NCBI RefSeq assembly: GCF_009914755.1
Contig: NC_060928.1
Source: the human T2T-CHM13v2.0 reference genome, Homo sapiens
DNA: 64,000 nt
Reading direction: 5' to 3' (one strand)
Shown here: in pieces, positions 43,557 through 62,375 of the stretch
Layout of the letters: each line of letters begins with the position of its first letter
Numbering within the stretch: the first letter of the stretch is position 1
Notes under the pieces: model-generated
What the model was told of the DNA's origin: nothing
Seen by the model: only the letters and a program-made list of their open reading frames with translations
Databases searched by the model: none
Program-made: the position numbers and the translations under genes

Positions 43557-44914
43557 CTCAGACATTTTTATTCCAAGCCACAGGCATGCATCCTGTCCCT
43601 GCTCCTGAAGCTCAGGCCCTCCTGCCTTTCGGCAGCCTCAGCTGCAGCCGTCTTTGCAAACCTCACCACTTACTTACTTTTCAGCAAGAACTTCAGCCAA
43701 GACCCAAGGGGCCCTTTCCCACCTGCAACAGCTCAGACACGGGACCTGAGCGCCTAAGCCAGGCTCTGGAGTGTGGTGCTGGTCCAGGGAGACGTCCAGA
43801 GGGCAGGGTCTCCCTCCCTGGAAGCAGGAAAGCCACAGGGCGTGGTGGCAGCTGGAGGGTCTATAGGGAGGGCACTAAGGGAAATGCCACAGGGCTCTCT
43901 TCCCTACCCCATGAAGTGTCAGGGAGCTGCTTGGCAGGTCACGGCTTGGAGGCCATTAATGTGTCTGCTTCCACGCACTGGCCCGTGCAGGCGGGACACA
44001 GGGCCCTGCAGAGGATGGGGCACAGGAGGGGGGTCCTGCCGGGTGCCCGGCAAGCTCCCTAACCTCCCAGAGCTTCCTCGTCTGTGAGAACACAGAAGGC
44101 CACCCTGTGACAAGGACACGGCTGTCCCGCAGGGTCCGGGCACAGCAGCCCCTCTGCTTTTTTGCCTTAGAGTTGTGGGGCTCCTCTGCCACACCTCAGA
44201 ACCTCTCAGTTAACGCCTAAGCCCATGGCATCACGTCCTATGATAACATTTCCAAACACGATAAAATTAAAAGGAAATCCTTCACTGCTTCCTGTAAAGG
44301 GAATAAGTTAAAAGTTGGGTTTGTGACCCCGAAAAAAGACAGGCCGCCTACACACGGGGTCCCACCTCAGCCAGCACGGCGGTGTGGAGCTGTGAGCACC
44401 CGGCCACACCATGAGGACAGGGCCTGGTGCGGGCCCGGGAACCACACGACCTCCAGGTTCTCCCACCCCGGGACCCGGGTCCGATGGAAGAGAGGAGAGG
44501 CAGCTCTGCTAAAGGACTTGAAGGCTTTCACGCCACAGGGACCCTTGTTGCTGTCGATCCTCCCAGCCCCGGGCCTCCCCGCAGCAAGCACCAGGACCTC
44601 GCTCTCCTCCTGTTCCGCACAGCACCCGTTCCCCGGGGCCACATGAACAGCACCCAGCTCGACGCTGCCACGGAAAAACGTCTAGCAAGGAAAGGACTTT
44701 CCCAGCCGGCACAGATGGCTCTCACGGGCAGCTTGAAGGAGCCACAGGCCCGCACGGTCCCAAATGTGACCACCTCTATGCAAAGACACGCCGGGGGCAG
44801 CAGCTACTCCCAGTGGCACTGGCCGTGTGGGATGTGGGTGCAGCAGACAAACAGAGCCAGGGTCCCCGGGAGACAGGAAAGGCTGGGCAGCCAGGTCCCA
44901 CAGGCTCAGGCAGG

Positions 44915-46131
<1,217 letters not shown>

Positions 46132-47283
46132 CTAAAAGTTTTTTAAAAACCAGCTCTCTACCAATCAATCCCAGCCTGTATCTGCACAGCTGCACAGGGC
46201 TGGAGGACACCACAGCCCGCCACCCACCCATACCGTGCCCGCCAGGCCAGCGGCACAGTGAGCTTCCCTGCGCCTACAGCCCCCAGCACAGCCCCATCAC
46301 ACCGCCTCCTCTCTCCCCTACCCTGACATTCTCAGCTCTCCCTGCTCTCCGCCCCTCAGCCCGGGAACTGCTGCTCTGGTCCTGGCTGCCGCGGCCCTCT
46401 ACTCTGCCCTCTGGACTCCTGAGAGTCAGATCCCAGATGCCTGTGCCCCCAGGCTCCCACCCTCACAGGCTCCCACGGCCATGGGAACCTCCACCTGGCT
46501 GACTCCCCAGATGTCCATATGGCTCATCACCCACCTTCCAGCTCCACCCGGAGGTCACAGCCCGGCGCCCTATGTAAACTCCCAGCACCCCTTGGGCTCT
46601 ACTTTTTTCCTGATGCACTATCGCGACTCCTCAGTCACCTGCTTCCCACCCGCCTCCCTGCAGGAAGTGAGCACCATATTGCTAACCCAGCACAGCCAGT
46701 GCAGCACAGACGCCCCAACGCGCTGAATGACCTTCACACGTGACCTTCAGGCCCTACCGCCTCCTGGCTGCTGTCCCGGGCTCTCTGGGGAAGCCCCAGC
46801 CAGAGCACAGTGAGATGCTGGCCCCACCCACCCATCCACGTCCCCCTCCCTGTGGCCCCAACGGCCTTTGCCCACCCCAACATTAAGACCCCGCCCATCT
46901 TCCAGCACTCAGCCACCATTACACCTCCAACCCTCTTTGCTGCTCCGGCAGCTCAGCGAGGCACCCGTGCCCACTCCCCTCCCACCGCCTCATGCCTGTG
47001 GTTACTGGTCGTCTGTGTAGGTCCCCCATGAGGACACAACCCTAAAAATCACGTCATGATTTGCATTAGGACGCAGCATTCCTCCACATGGTTACACAGA
47101 GTGCACCTCCATGCCACGGAGCACCTCTTGGTGGCGCAGAGGAACCGCCGGACGGATCTCCAGGGAAGCATGCTGATGGAAAGGCAGAACCCAAATGCTT
47201 GTGCACTGTGTCACTCCATTTACACACCACTCTCGAGATGACAGAATGACAGAACGGGGGAAGAAACCATAAAGAACTCTTAC

Positions 47284-47902
47284 TGGCCAGGTGTCATGGC
47301 TCACACCTGTAATCCCTGCATTTTGGGAGGCTGAGGCGGGAGGACCCATTGAGCACAAGAGGTGGAAACCAGCCTGGGAAACACAGTGAGACCCCCTTTC
47401 TAAAAGATATAAATTTTTAAAAAATAGCTGGGTGTGGGGTGGGCGTGGTGGCTGTAACCTGTAATCCCAGCATTTTGGGAGGCCAAGGCAGGCGGATCAC
47501 AAAGTCAGGAGTTCAAGACCAGCCTGGCCAACATGGTGAAATTCCATCTCTACTAAAAATATAAAAATTAGCCGGGCGTGATGGTGGATGCCTGTAATCC
47601 CAGCTACTCAGGAGGCTGAGGCAGAAGACTCTCTCGAACCCAGGAGGTGGAGGTTGCAGTGAGCCAAGATCGCACCACTGCACTCCAGCCTTAGCAACAA
47701 GGGCAAGATTCCATCACAAAAAAAAAAAAAAAAAAAAAAAGCTGGGTGTGGTCACACATGTCTGTAGTCCTAGCTACTCAGAAGGCTGAGGGAGGAGGAT
47801 CACTTGAGCCCAGGAGGTCGAGGCTGCAGTGAGCAGTGATTGAGACCCTGCACTCCAGCCTGGGCAACAAAGCAAGGCCCTGTCTCAAAAAAAAAAAAAA
47901 AA
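47284..47902 (+). mobile_element. Nested Alus: a younger Alu (about 47440-47740) inside an older Alu
   Basis: Left arm, then a complete Alu, then the right arm; AGCTGGGTGTGG repeated at the junctions. Confidence 0.85.
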
Positions 47903-47904
47903 GG

Positions 47905-48760
47905 GTTCTTACAACTCAAAAATAAAAAGAGAAATAACCCAATTTTAAAGTAAAAATGGGATTTCATTAGATATTTCTCAAAAGAAGAGATACAAATGGC
48001 CAATGAGCACATGAAAATATGCTCAACATAGCTAACCATAGGGAAATGAAAATCAGAACCACAATGAGATACCACTCCACACCCATGCAGGTGGCTTTTA
48101 TCAAAAAAATGGACAATAACACGCGTTGATGAGAGTTGGAGAAATTAGGGCCAGGCACAGTGGCTCATGCCTGTAATCCCACCACTCTGGGGGGCCGAGG
48201 CAGGCGGATCATGAGGTCAGGAGATTGAGACCATCCTTGCCAACACGGTGAAACCCCGGCTCTACTAAAAAAAAATACAAAAAATTAGCTGGGAGTGGTG
48301 GCATGCGCCTGTAGTCCCAGCTACTTGGGAGGCTGAGGCGTGAGAATGGCGTGAACCTGGGAGGCAGAGTGAGCCGAGATCGCGCCACTGCACTCCAGCC
48401 TGGGCGAAAGAGCCAGACTCTGCCTCAAGAAAAAAAGAGTTGGAGAAATTAGAACTCTCATACATTGCTGCGGAACGGAACATGGTACAGACACTGTGGA
48501 AAACAGTTTGGCAGTTCCTCAAAATGTTAAACATAGAATCACCATATGACCTGGCAATCCCACGACTAGGTTTGCACCCAAAAGAAATGAAGACCTACTT
48601 CCACACAGAAACTCATACATGAAACTTCCACACAGAAACTCACACATGAATGTTCACAGCTGCATTATCCCTAATAGCTAAAATATGGCAACCACCCAAA
48701 GGTCCAAAAACAGAGGAACGGATGAGCAAATGGTGGTCTCTCAAACACGAACCTGATCGA
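47905..48760 (+). mobile_element. L1M ORF2-end/3'UTR fragment split by an Alu (48149-48436)
   Basis: ACAAATGGCCAATGAGCACATGAAAA...ACAATGAGATACCAC...GTGGAAAACAGTTTGGCAGTTCCTCAAAA; Alu TSD GAGTTGGAGAAATTAG. Confidence 0.85.
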
Positions 48761-48921
48761 GCTTCGAGCCTCACAGCACTGCCTGCGAGAACATTCTGTG
48801 GTGAGGGACAGCCAACAGGCTGTCTACCACGGCAGCCACCAGCCACCCAGAGACAGTGAGCACTAGAAGTGTTTCTGGTACAAGTGAGAAACAGCATTAT
48901 GTGGGTTCCACTTTAACTGTA

Positions 48922-50737
<1,816 letters not shown>

Positions 50738-51048
50738 GTAAAAAGACTTACATTTAGGGATAAAAAGGTTTGTCCTCCTTTTTCAGATAGAAACCACCGC
50801 CATATTCACAGGCCGTGTTTTAAGAAAACAGGAGTCATTGGGAAAAACCATCTTCGACAGCAACAGACTCAACAGTGGCCCTGGCTGGCCACTAACAGAG
50901 CCGGCAGGGTCAGCAGGAGCAGGAGCAGGCTGTGATGGAACCCCCGTGACCACTCACCCTGTAGGGCTCCCAGGGCTCCTGTCCCAAGGCCGAGGCCTAC
51001 CAAGGAACTGCCTATGCTGCCTTCTCTGTCAATGGACAAGTGCTCCAC

Positions 51049-51760
51049 AAAGAGATGAAGAATGGGAGGGAGGGAGGAGGCAGGGGCTGAAGAGCTACCT
51101 ACTGGGTACTGTGCTCACAACCCGAGTGCAATATAGCCAAGTGACAAACCTGCACCTGCACCCCCTGTATCTAAAATAAAACCTGCACCTGCACCCCCAT
51201 ATCTAAAATAAAACCTGCACCTGCACCCCCTGTATCTAAAATAAAACCTGCACCTGCACCCCCTGTATCTAAAATAAAACCTGCACCTGCACCCCCTGTA
51301 TCTAAAATAAAACCTGCACCTGCACCCCCTGTATCTAAAATAAAACCTGCACCTGCACCCCTGTATCTAAAATAAAACCTGCACCTGCACCCCCTGTATC
51401 TAAAATAAAACCTGCACCTGCACACCCTGTATCTAAAATAAAACCTGCACCTGCACCCCCTGTATCTAAAATAAAGCCTGCACCTGCACACCCTGTATCT
51501 AAAATAAAACCTGCACCCCCTGTATCTAAAATAAAACCTGCACCTGCACCCCCTGTATCTAAAATAAAACCTGCACCTGCACCCCCTGTATCTAAAATAA
51601 AACCTGCACCTGCACCCCGTATCTAAAATAAAACCTGCACCTGCACCCCCTGTATCTAAAATAAAACCTGCACCTGCACCCCCTGTATCTAAAATAAAAC
51701 CTGCACCTGTACCCCCCTGTATCTAAAATAAAAGCTGAAAAAAAAAGAGGTGAAGAGTGG
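51049..51760 (+). mobile_element. 5'-truncated L1 (L1PB/L1MA-like 3' end) whose terminus is amplified into a VNTR
   Basis: CTACCTACTGGGTACTGTGCTCAC...ACAAACCTGCAC...CTAAAATAAAAG plus A-tail; TSD-like AAAGAGATGAAGAATGG (51049) / AAAGAGGTGAAGAGTGG (51744). Confidence 0.75.
51146..51733. repeat. 33-bp minisatellite, about 18 copies
   Basis: CTAAAATAAAACCTGCACCTGCACCCCCTGTAT. Confidence 0.97.
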
Positions 51761-52018
51761 CCACCTAAAGCACAGAGGACGTGGGGGCCCGTGGGTCACC
51801 CCACACCAGGACATCCGTCCAGACACCTCCCAGGCCCGGCAGGCATGCTGCGTAGCCACCTCCCTGGAAAGCTGCCCACGCCCTGGCTGACGTCCACTTG
51901 CCAAAAATATCCTCAGAGGCACACAGCCATCTGATAGGCATGTGCCGCTCTGTATCCTTTGGTCTTGGTTAGAGACACCTTAAAAATGTTTTCTCCATTT
52001 AATCAAAAGGAAAAATGG

Positions 52019-52617
<599 letters not shown>

Positions 52618-53430
52618 GAGAACCGGCCACAGCATCTGGAAAGAACATGGCTCTGCAGCCAGCAAGGCACTGAGACATCAGGCAAGCACTGCCTTCCCCG
52701 CCTCGGCCACCTCCACCCGTGGACTGACAGCCGGAAACGTACTAATTACAGGACACAGCCAGCGCTGCCACGGTCACCTCAGTCACAGCGGCCCTGAGTG
52801 CCAGGCCCCACAAGCAGTGCTTGCGAAGGTTCAGGCCACATGCCACCTCCCACAGCCCAACACCCACACTCGCCAGCTCTCGGGAGGAGAGGCTTCAGCT
52901 TGGACCCTCAGACCCTCACTGGAACCCCCTGCGGTGAAGATGGGTCACACGTGCCCAGTCCAAAGGCCCGAGACCCACAGCTTTCCCTTCACCCTCTCAT
53001 TTCCGTAACACGCAAGGGGCTACAAATGCAACGTGCCCACGTCTCCAGAGCCACAGCCAAGCCAGGCCCAGGATAGGCAGGCGCTCCAAGCACCCCTGCT
53101 GGCTCTGAGGGCCTGGCAAGACCCTCCAGGCTAGACATCAGCCACCTCCTTCTGGATCTGCCATCTAACTAGGGCGGGGGGGTCCTGAAGGTGGCACATC
53201 CAAAGTTCACTTCACCATGACTGTAGGAAAATCAAGCTGCCCGCAGGAAGCTAACGTGGTGATCAAATCCAAGACAGAGGCTCCCTTGGGAGGCGCGGCT
53301 AGGAGGGGAGGGACAGGGAGCCTGGCGGGGCGCAGTCTGCTGCTTGATTGGATGGTAACAGGCACACCTGCGCTTGGGGCTCCAGCTTCTGTGTGTAAGT
53401 CAGCCTTTCAGTAAAACTCTATTTTTTTAA

Positions 53431-53770
<340 letters not shown>

Positions 53771-53966
53771 TGATGGTGAAAATCCGCTGTGATTACACTG
53801 ATGGGCTCTGGGGCCCACATGTGCACCAGACACCCCCATCCCTGGCCCAGCAGGGCCCCCCAGGCCCCTGAGAACTTAGCCCTCACCTCCACCTCCCAGT
53901 GTGGCCATTCCCCTGTGACAGCACGGGGGAGGGGCACCCAGCCTGGTGCCACCTGCAGCTGCTTAC

Positions 53967-54041
53967 CGGGCCAGCCTCCGCCTTGCAGGTGAGGTCGTCC
54001 AGGCTCTGGCTCTGCAGCTTCTCAGTGATGAGTGTGACCAT
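53967..54041 (-). CDS. FAM53A: FAM53A first coding exon (CDS part), MVTLITEKLQSQSLDDLTCKAEAGP
   Basis: ATG at 54041 in strong Kozak context (CCGACCATGG); 75 nt, then donor CCG|GTAAGC; peptide matches the FAM53 family N-terminus as I recall it. Confidence 0.95.
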
Positions 54042-54205
54042 GGTCGGGGCCCCGTGTCCTCCGTCCACACCAACAGGCACTGGAGTCCTGGAACATCAGA
54101 CTTGCGAAGGCCCCAGCATTGCTGGGTCAGCCAAATCTCAAGGTCATGTCTCCACTTTCTTTACAGATGAGCAGTCCACGCCCACGGGCTCTTCAGGATT
54201 TGTGC
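54042..54205 (-). other. FAM53A: FAM53A 5'UTR part of the ATG-containing exon
   Basis: Acceptor tttctctcttctgagaaacAG|GCAC places the exon start at 54205, so a non-coding exon must lie upstream; none is evident in the window. Confidence 0.8.
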
Positions 54206-56154
54206 CTGTTTCTCAGAAGAGAGAAATCATCATGTGATTATACGCAAAACCATTTTGTTGATGTTTCTGCTACATGTTGGGTCCCCTCTGTATAAAGTAT
54301 TTCTGATATCCCACCTCACAAACACCCTCCCATTTTCAAAACTACCACGCGAGTTCTCTTCTGGAAAATCTAATCACGGTGGTCTTCTGGCTAAAGGCAA
54401 AGACACACATTAGACCCACCCGCCCCGGAAGCCTCAACTGAAAGAAGAAGATAGGCCACCCCAGGCCTCTGCTCCAAAAAAGAGGAAACAGGATGGGAGA
54501 TGATGGCAAGGACATTCTGGAAGCTGGGAAGCTGCTGGAAAGCCAATATCAAGCCAGGAACACAGAAACTCTGACTACCCACCCCCTTCTGCTCCAAGTG
54601 GCCAAACACCCCTCCCGCTCCCATGCCAGCCAGCTAGGCAAGCGCTCCACACTGAAGCTGGGGCACAGGAAGCCTGCCAGGGTCTGCACCTGGCGTGCTG
54701 ACAGCAAGGGGCCGGCGGAGGAAGGGCGAGGGCTCAGGGGGTCTTTCAGGCTCTGAGCTCTCCAGCCTCAGGAGTGGGCAGATCCGTCTGTACTGCAGGC
54801 AGAGGCTGCGGGGCGGCCCCAGGGCTGCTCCCAACAGACACCAACCAGCCGAGGTGCCCAGCAAGGTGGCCCTGCACCCAGCGTGTCCCCAAACTGCCCC
54901 GGCTTTGACCCTTCTCAGGGTCCCACTGTTGGGTGTGAGCAGCTGCCAAGGACACCTAGTTCAGACCCAACAGAGGCCAAAACAGACAAGGTGCAAACAA
55001 GCAAAACCAGCAACTTGGAGAAGAGTGCTAGGTGAGAGGGCAAGGCCTTCCTCAGCAGCAGCCCTCTGCCCTCGGAGTGATACGGCACCTCCATGAACAC
55101 CAGGACACCCTCAAAAAGGAACTTCCAGAGAAAAAGAAGAGTGCCTGGGAATTAAGACAGCAGTGACGGAACGTCCACACAACCTCCAGGGTGTGCGTCC
55201 TCAGCTGCCGCCCGGCTTCAGTTTCCGGCCAGTCTTCTGGGGCCCACAGACTGCTCCTAGGCAAGGATTAAGGGCGGACAGGACGCCAAAGCCCAGGCCT
55301 CACCACCACCAATGAAGGCAACCCGTAGGCAGCACCGCTCAGGAACATCTGCCCCAAAAGCCTGGCACGTGGGAGCCACGTGAGCCGCCCCATCAGAAGG
55401 ACCGCCCGGCCACGTGGGCCATGCTAGGAAGGCAGGCGGCATCCAAGTTCACTACACCTGCCAGTAAAGTAAAAGGGCAAAGGAGACTCACACGCACACT
55501 TCTGCCAATGCTGGAAAGGTTTCAACACGGTTCGATACCTGCGTTCCACGCTTAAAATGTACACACACAACCGCTCTCGACAGAAACCAACATGCACTTC
55601 CCTAGAGCCCAAAAGCCAGCATCTTCCTGAATGAGGGCCAGGGCAAAGGCGCCACCACCAACACAGCATCGACGCGCACAGTGGGCCACCCAGCCTGGCT
55701 CAGAGCCTTCCCGTCACCAGGCACAGCCCCGCTGCTGCCAGGTCCAGGGGACTGGGCAGACCAAACCCAGGCAGGGTCTGTGCACAGGTCCTGACGGGTG
55801 CCACCCACCCATGGGGCTGTTCCAGGCCAGGGGACACACCACATCAGCTAAAGGCTGTGCCCGCCTGGCTCACTGGATCTGAAATCGCGTGCTCAGCACT
55901 GACCACTCCCACCACCCTCGGCAGCCACCACTGTCATCTCCAGCCCACAGCCAAGAACCCCAGACTCCAAGAGGGGTGTCGTGCACTGGGCTAGGGTCAG
56001 CCGGGCCCACTTGTGATGCTTCAGAAGGAGGCCTCTCCACAGCAGTGGCTCCATTCAAATTGTCTCAAACTAAGGAGCACAAATCAGAGCCAGCCACACT
56101 GCACACCCCACGCTGGTCGATGTCAGCTGGGGAAAAACCACCAGTAACTGGGGT

Positions 56155-57545
56155 GCCAGCTCACAGCCACAGCCCAGACTCACCTCTGTCCCAGCGTCAG
56201 AGCCCCCAGCTCACAGCCACAGCCGGGACTCACCTCTGTCCCAGCGTCAGAGCCCCCAGCTCACAGCCACAGCCACGGCCCGGACTCACCTCTGTCCCAG
56301 CGTCAGAGCCAACAGCTCACAGCCACGGCCCGGACTCACCTCTGTCCCAGCGTCAGAGCCACCAGCTCACAGCCACAGCCACGGCCCGGACTCACCTCTG
56401 TCCCAGCGTCAGAGCCACCAGCTCACAGCCACAGCCATGGCCCGGACTCACCTCTGTCCCAGCGTCAGAGCCACCAGCTCACAGCCACAGCCCGGACTCA
56501 CCTCTGTCCCACCGTCAGAGCCCCCAGCTCACAGCCACAGCCACAGCCCGGACTCACCTCTGTCCCAGCGTCAGAGCCACCAGCTCACAGCCACAGCCAC
56601 GGCCCGGACTCACCTCTGTCCCAGCGTCAGAGCCCCCAGCTCACAGCCACGGCCCGGACTCACCTCTGTCCCAGCGTCAGAGCCACCAGCTCACAGCCAC
56701 GGCCCGGACTCACCTCTGTCCCAGCGTCAGAGCCACCAGCTCACAGCCACAGCCACGGCCCGGACTCACCTCTGTCCCAGCGTCAGAGCCACCAGCTCAC
56801 AGCCACAGCCACGGCCCAGACTCACCTCTGTCCCAGCGTCAGAGCCACCAGCTCACAGCCACGGCCCGGACTCACCTCTGTCCCAGCGTCAGAGCCACCA
56901 GCTCACAGCCACAGCCACGGCCCGGACTCACCTCTGTCCCAGCGTCAGAGCCACCAGCTCACAGCCACGGCCCGGACTCACCTCTGTCCCACCGTCAGAG
57001 CCCCCAGCTCACAGCCACAGCCACGGCCCGGACTCACCTCTGTCCCAGCATCAGAGCCACCAGCTCACAGCCACAGCCACGGCCCGGACTCACCTCTGTC
57101 CCAGCGTCAGAGCCACCAGCTCACAGCCACGGCCCGGACTCACCTCTGTCCCAGCGTCAGAGCCCCCAGCTCACAGCCACGGCCCGGACTCACCTCTGTC
57201 CCAGCGTCAGAGCCACCAGCTCACAGCCACAGCCACGGCCCGGACTCACCTCTGTCCCAGCGTCAGAGCCACCAGCTCACAGCCACAGCCACAGCCCGGA
57301 CTCACCTCTGTCCCAGCGTCAGAGCCACCAGCTCACAGCCACAGCCCGGACTCACCTCTGTCCCACCGTCAGAGCCCCCAGCTCACAGCCACAGCCACAG
57401 CCCGGACTCACCTCTGTCCCAGCGTCAGAGCCACCAGCTCACAGCCACAGCCACGGCCCGGACTCACCTCTGTCCCAGCGTCAGAGCCACCAGCTCACAG
57501 CCACGGCCCGGACTCACCTCTCTCCCAGCCTCAGAGCCCTCACAG
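56155..57545. repeat. 50/56-bp minisatellite, 26 copies, upstream of the ATG exon (presumed intron 1)
   Basis: CAGCTCACAGCCAC(AGCCAC)GGCCCGGACTCACCTCTGTCCCAGCGTCAGAGCCAC; GACTCACCTC counted 26 times. Confidence 0.97.
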
Positions 57546-57909
57546 GATGGGGCTCTATGGCTGACAAGCCAGCCTCCCTCCCTAATCCCACCAACCACTC
57601 CTGCAAGGTGAGGGGCCAGCTCCCTTCACACCGTGCACCACGAGGGGCTGCACACCCACCTTCCAAACCCTCCTGATTGCACAAAGCACACACACAACCC
57701 TAGAAAGGCAACAGCAGCCACATTATAACTTGAAAAAATAATAACTAGGATTTTATTTTAAAAACAGGCCTCACAGTCTGTATAGAAACGGCTGATTTCA
57801 GGGCTGGGGCAGGGAAAAGAGCTGGAGCCTGTTGAGGTACAGGAAGTGAGGATGGCTCCCCAGCAGCCTGCCTGTGACACAGAGCAAAGCGAGCAGCAGT
57901 GAACACAGG

Positions 57910-58297
57910 CACCCAGGAACCCATGAACCCAGATACCCAGGAACCCATGGACCCACAGACCCAGAACCCACGAACCCACGAACCCAGGAACCCACAGATC
58001 CAGGAACCCAGGGACCTACGGACCCAAAGACCCAGGTACCCACAGACCCAGGAACCCAAGAACCCACGGACCCAGGAACCAGGAACCCACAGATCCAGGA
58101 ACCCATGAACCCAGGAACGCACGGACCCAGGGACCCACAGACCCACAAACCCAGGAACCAGCCACCCACAGACCCAGGAACCCATGAACCCATGGACCCA
58201 CAAACCCAGGAACCCATAGACCCAGGAACCCAGGAACCCAGGAACCCACGAACCCACGAACCCAGGAATCAGGAACCCAGGAACCCATGGACCCAGG
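57910..58297. repeat. Degenerate 8-bp repeat (ACCCAGGA/ACCCACAG)n
   Basis: Direct inspection. Confidence 0.92.
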
Positions 58298-58395
58298 TGA
58301 GGTGGGGGTGGCGGGAAGCGCCTCCTCACGGGGTGGTGGGGAGCCACTAGTGAGTGCAGAGAGAATGAGGGAAATGCTTTAAAATCACCACTTGA

Positions 58396-59615
<1,220 letters not shown>

Positions 59616-59884
59616 TCAGATAAAGTGTGCCCGCCAAGCACCAGCCAGGGCAAGTGTCCAGCAGCGCCAATGCGGAGCACCCAGCAGTGTCAAGGCAGCA
59701 GCTCTGGCACGCGGGAGGCGCATGCAGCGCGGGAGGGACCACGCCTACTGCCAAAAGCAGCTCCCTGCTGGGAGCCCAGGAGACGACGGGGATTGTGAGT
59801 GCTGGGCAGGGAAGAGACCCTCGTGTGGAACATGCATTTCCTGCAGGAAGGAAGGCGTTAGTCAGGTCATCACCGACACGTGTG

Positions 59885-60683
<799 letters not shown>

Positions 60684-61984
60684 TTACAAGAAACTGAGCC
60701 ATGAGGATGCAGCACCAGTCACGAGGCATGATGGACAGCAAGTCCCTCCCCCTTGGCAGTTCTGAGGCCAGTCTCCAGTCTGCGTGAGGGAAGTCTGGGG
60801 AAGGAGCAGTTCAGGACCAGAGGAAGCCCCTGCTGGAGCTGGGAAAGCCCAGAGATACAGAAACAGTGACGGATGGTGGCAGTGAGAAGGATGCCGTAGG
60901 ACCCCACCATGGCAGGACAGCCTTTTCGAGGGGCGATCAGAGAGGCCCCTCTAAGGCAGTGACATTGAAGCCAGGACTGAAAGCTAAACAAGAGGGTCCC
61001 GGAAAAGGAGACAAAGGCCAGGACAAGTGGGAAGAGACCTCTGGGTTCCAGGTAGATGTAGAAGAGACGTGGGAAGTGAGAGAAACCTGGCTCCCGCTGC
61101 CAGAACTCACTGTCCCTGCCACCAACAGGTGAGGAGTGGGACCCAGCAAGAACAAAGAGGACACACCACCTGAGCTCCGGGAAGCACAGCCGGCATCAGG
61201 CATCCCTTGCCCCTACTCCAGGACCTCTCGGCGCCGGCCCCTCCAAACAGGAAGTGGTCCCTCCCAAGCCCACGAGCACTGCCCTGAGCCCAGGTGATGC
61301 CTTCTCCCCACACTAAGTGGGCTCACTTCAGAGGACGGCTACAACGAACTCACTTCCACTTTTCTGGCATTAAGTCGCCGTCCTCGCTCCCAAAGGCTCC
61401 TTGTAACTGCACCGTAAATCCCTTCCTTGTAACTGCACTGGTGACTTAGCCGACAACCCCAGGAGCTTTCCCTGCCTCTCGTTCCACCTCTGCACCCAGC
61501 TCAAGCCTGATCCTCAAGGTCTGGAGGACCGCAGCAGCCTACACTCATTCCCATACACTGGGCAACCCTTGGCCCGACCTCAGCGGAAAGCAGATCACAA
61601 TGCTCTGGCCCCCAGAAACAGCCTCCTCACCCCTTAGGACAGAGGCCAAAATCCTCACCCTGGTCCTCCAACTCCCCCATCTTCTCCCCTCGCTCCCCAG
61701 GATCTGGCCACACCAGTGCCCTGCAGACCCCTAGGAGGGTCAAACCCAGAGCTGGAGCTCCACGGGGGCAGCAGGGACGAGCCCCCACCACAGGCAGTGC
61801 CTCAGCTCAGATGGCCGCCTCACGGGACAGCGGCAAAATGCCCTCGGCTGGCGGCTCTGGCCACTCTCATTCTCCAGGACTCCATCCTCCAAAAAGGCAC
61901 CAAAGCAGGTTCGATTTTTCTGTGTTTTAATTTAATTCAATCCACATGCAGTCAGATACAGCATTTGTAGAGCCATGAATTAGC

Positions 61985-62375
61985 TTCCTATAACCAAGAA
62001 TCACAAAGTGGTGGCTTAGGACAGAAATGCACTGGCCAGCCGTCCTTGGAGGCTGGGAGTCCAGGACCAAGACGCCAGCAGGGCCATGCCCCTCTGAAGG
62101 CTCTGGGGAGGGACTGATCAGGCCTCCCTCCTGGCTCTGGCATCACTCCAGTCTTCCCACCGCATTCTCCCTGCGTGTGCCTGTGTGCAAGTCTCCCCAT
62201 TTTATAAGGATATCAGTCATTTTGGGGCAGGACCCACCATGCTCCAGTGTGACCCCATCTTAACTCATTACATCTGCAACAACCCTATTTCCAAGTAAGT
62301 GCACATTCTGAAGTACTGGGGGGGGTCAGGACTTCAACATGTGACTGTTGGGGCCGGACCTCACTCAACCCCTAA
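61985..62375 (-). mobile_element. MLT1B/C-like LTR
   Basis: GGAGGCTGGGAGTCCAGGACCAAG...TTATAAGGATATCAGTCAT...ACATCTGCAACAACCCTATTTCCAA. Confidence 0.75.

Noticed and set aside
44367-44642. 91-aa minus-strand intronic ORF in CpG-containing unique sequence
   Set aside because: No recognisable family and no convincing splice signals; expected by chance in GC-rich DNA
55889-57676. 595-aa and 375-aa plus-strand ORFs
   Set aside because: Translations of the stop-poor 50/56-bp VNTR; periodic peptide, no gene structure
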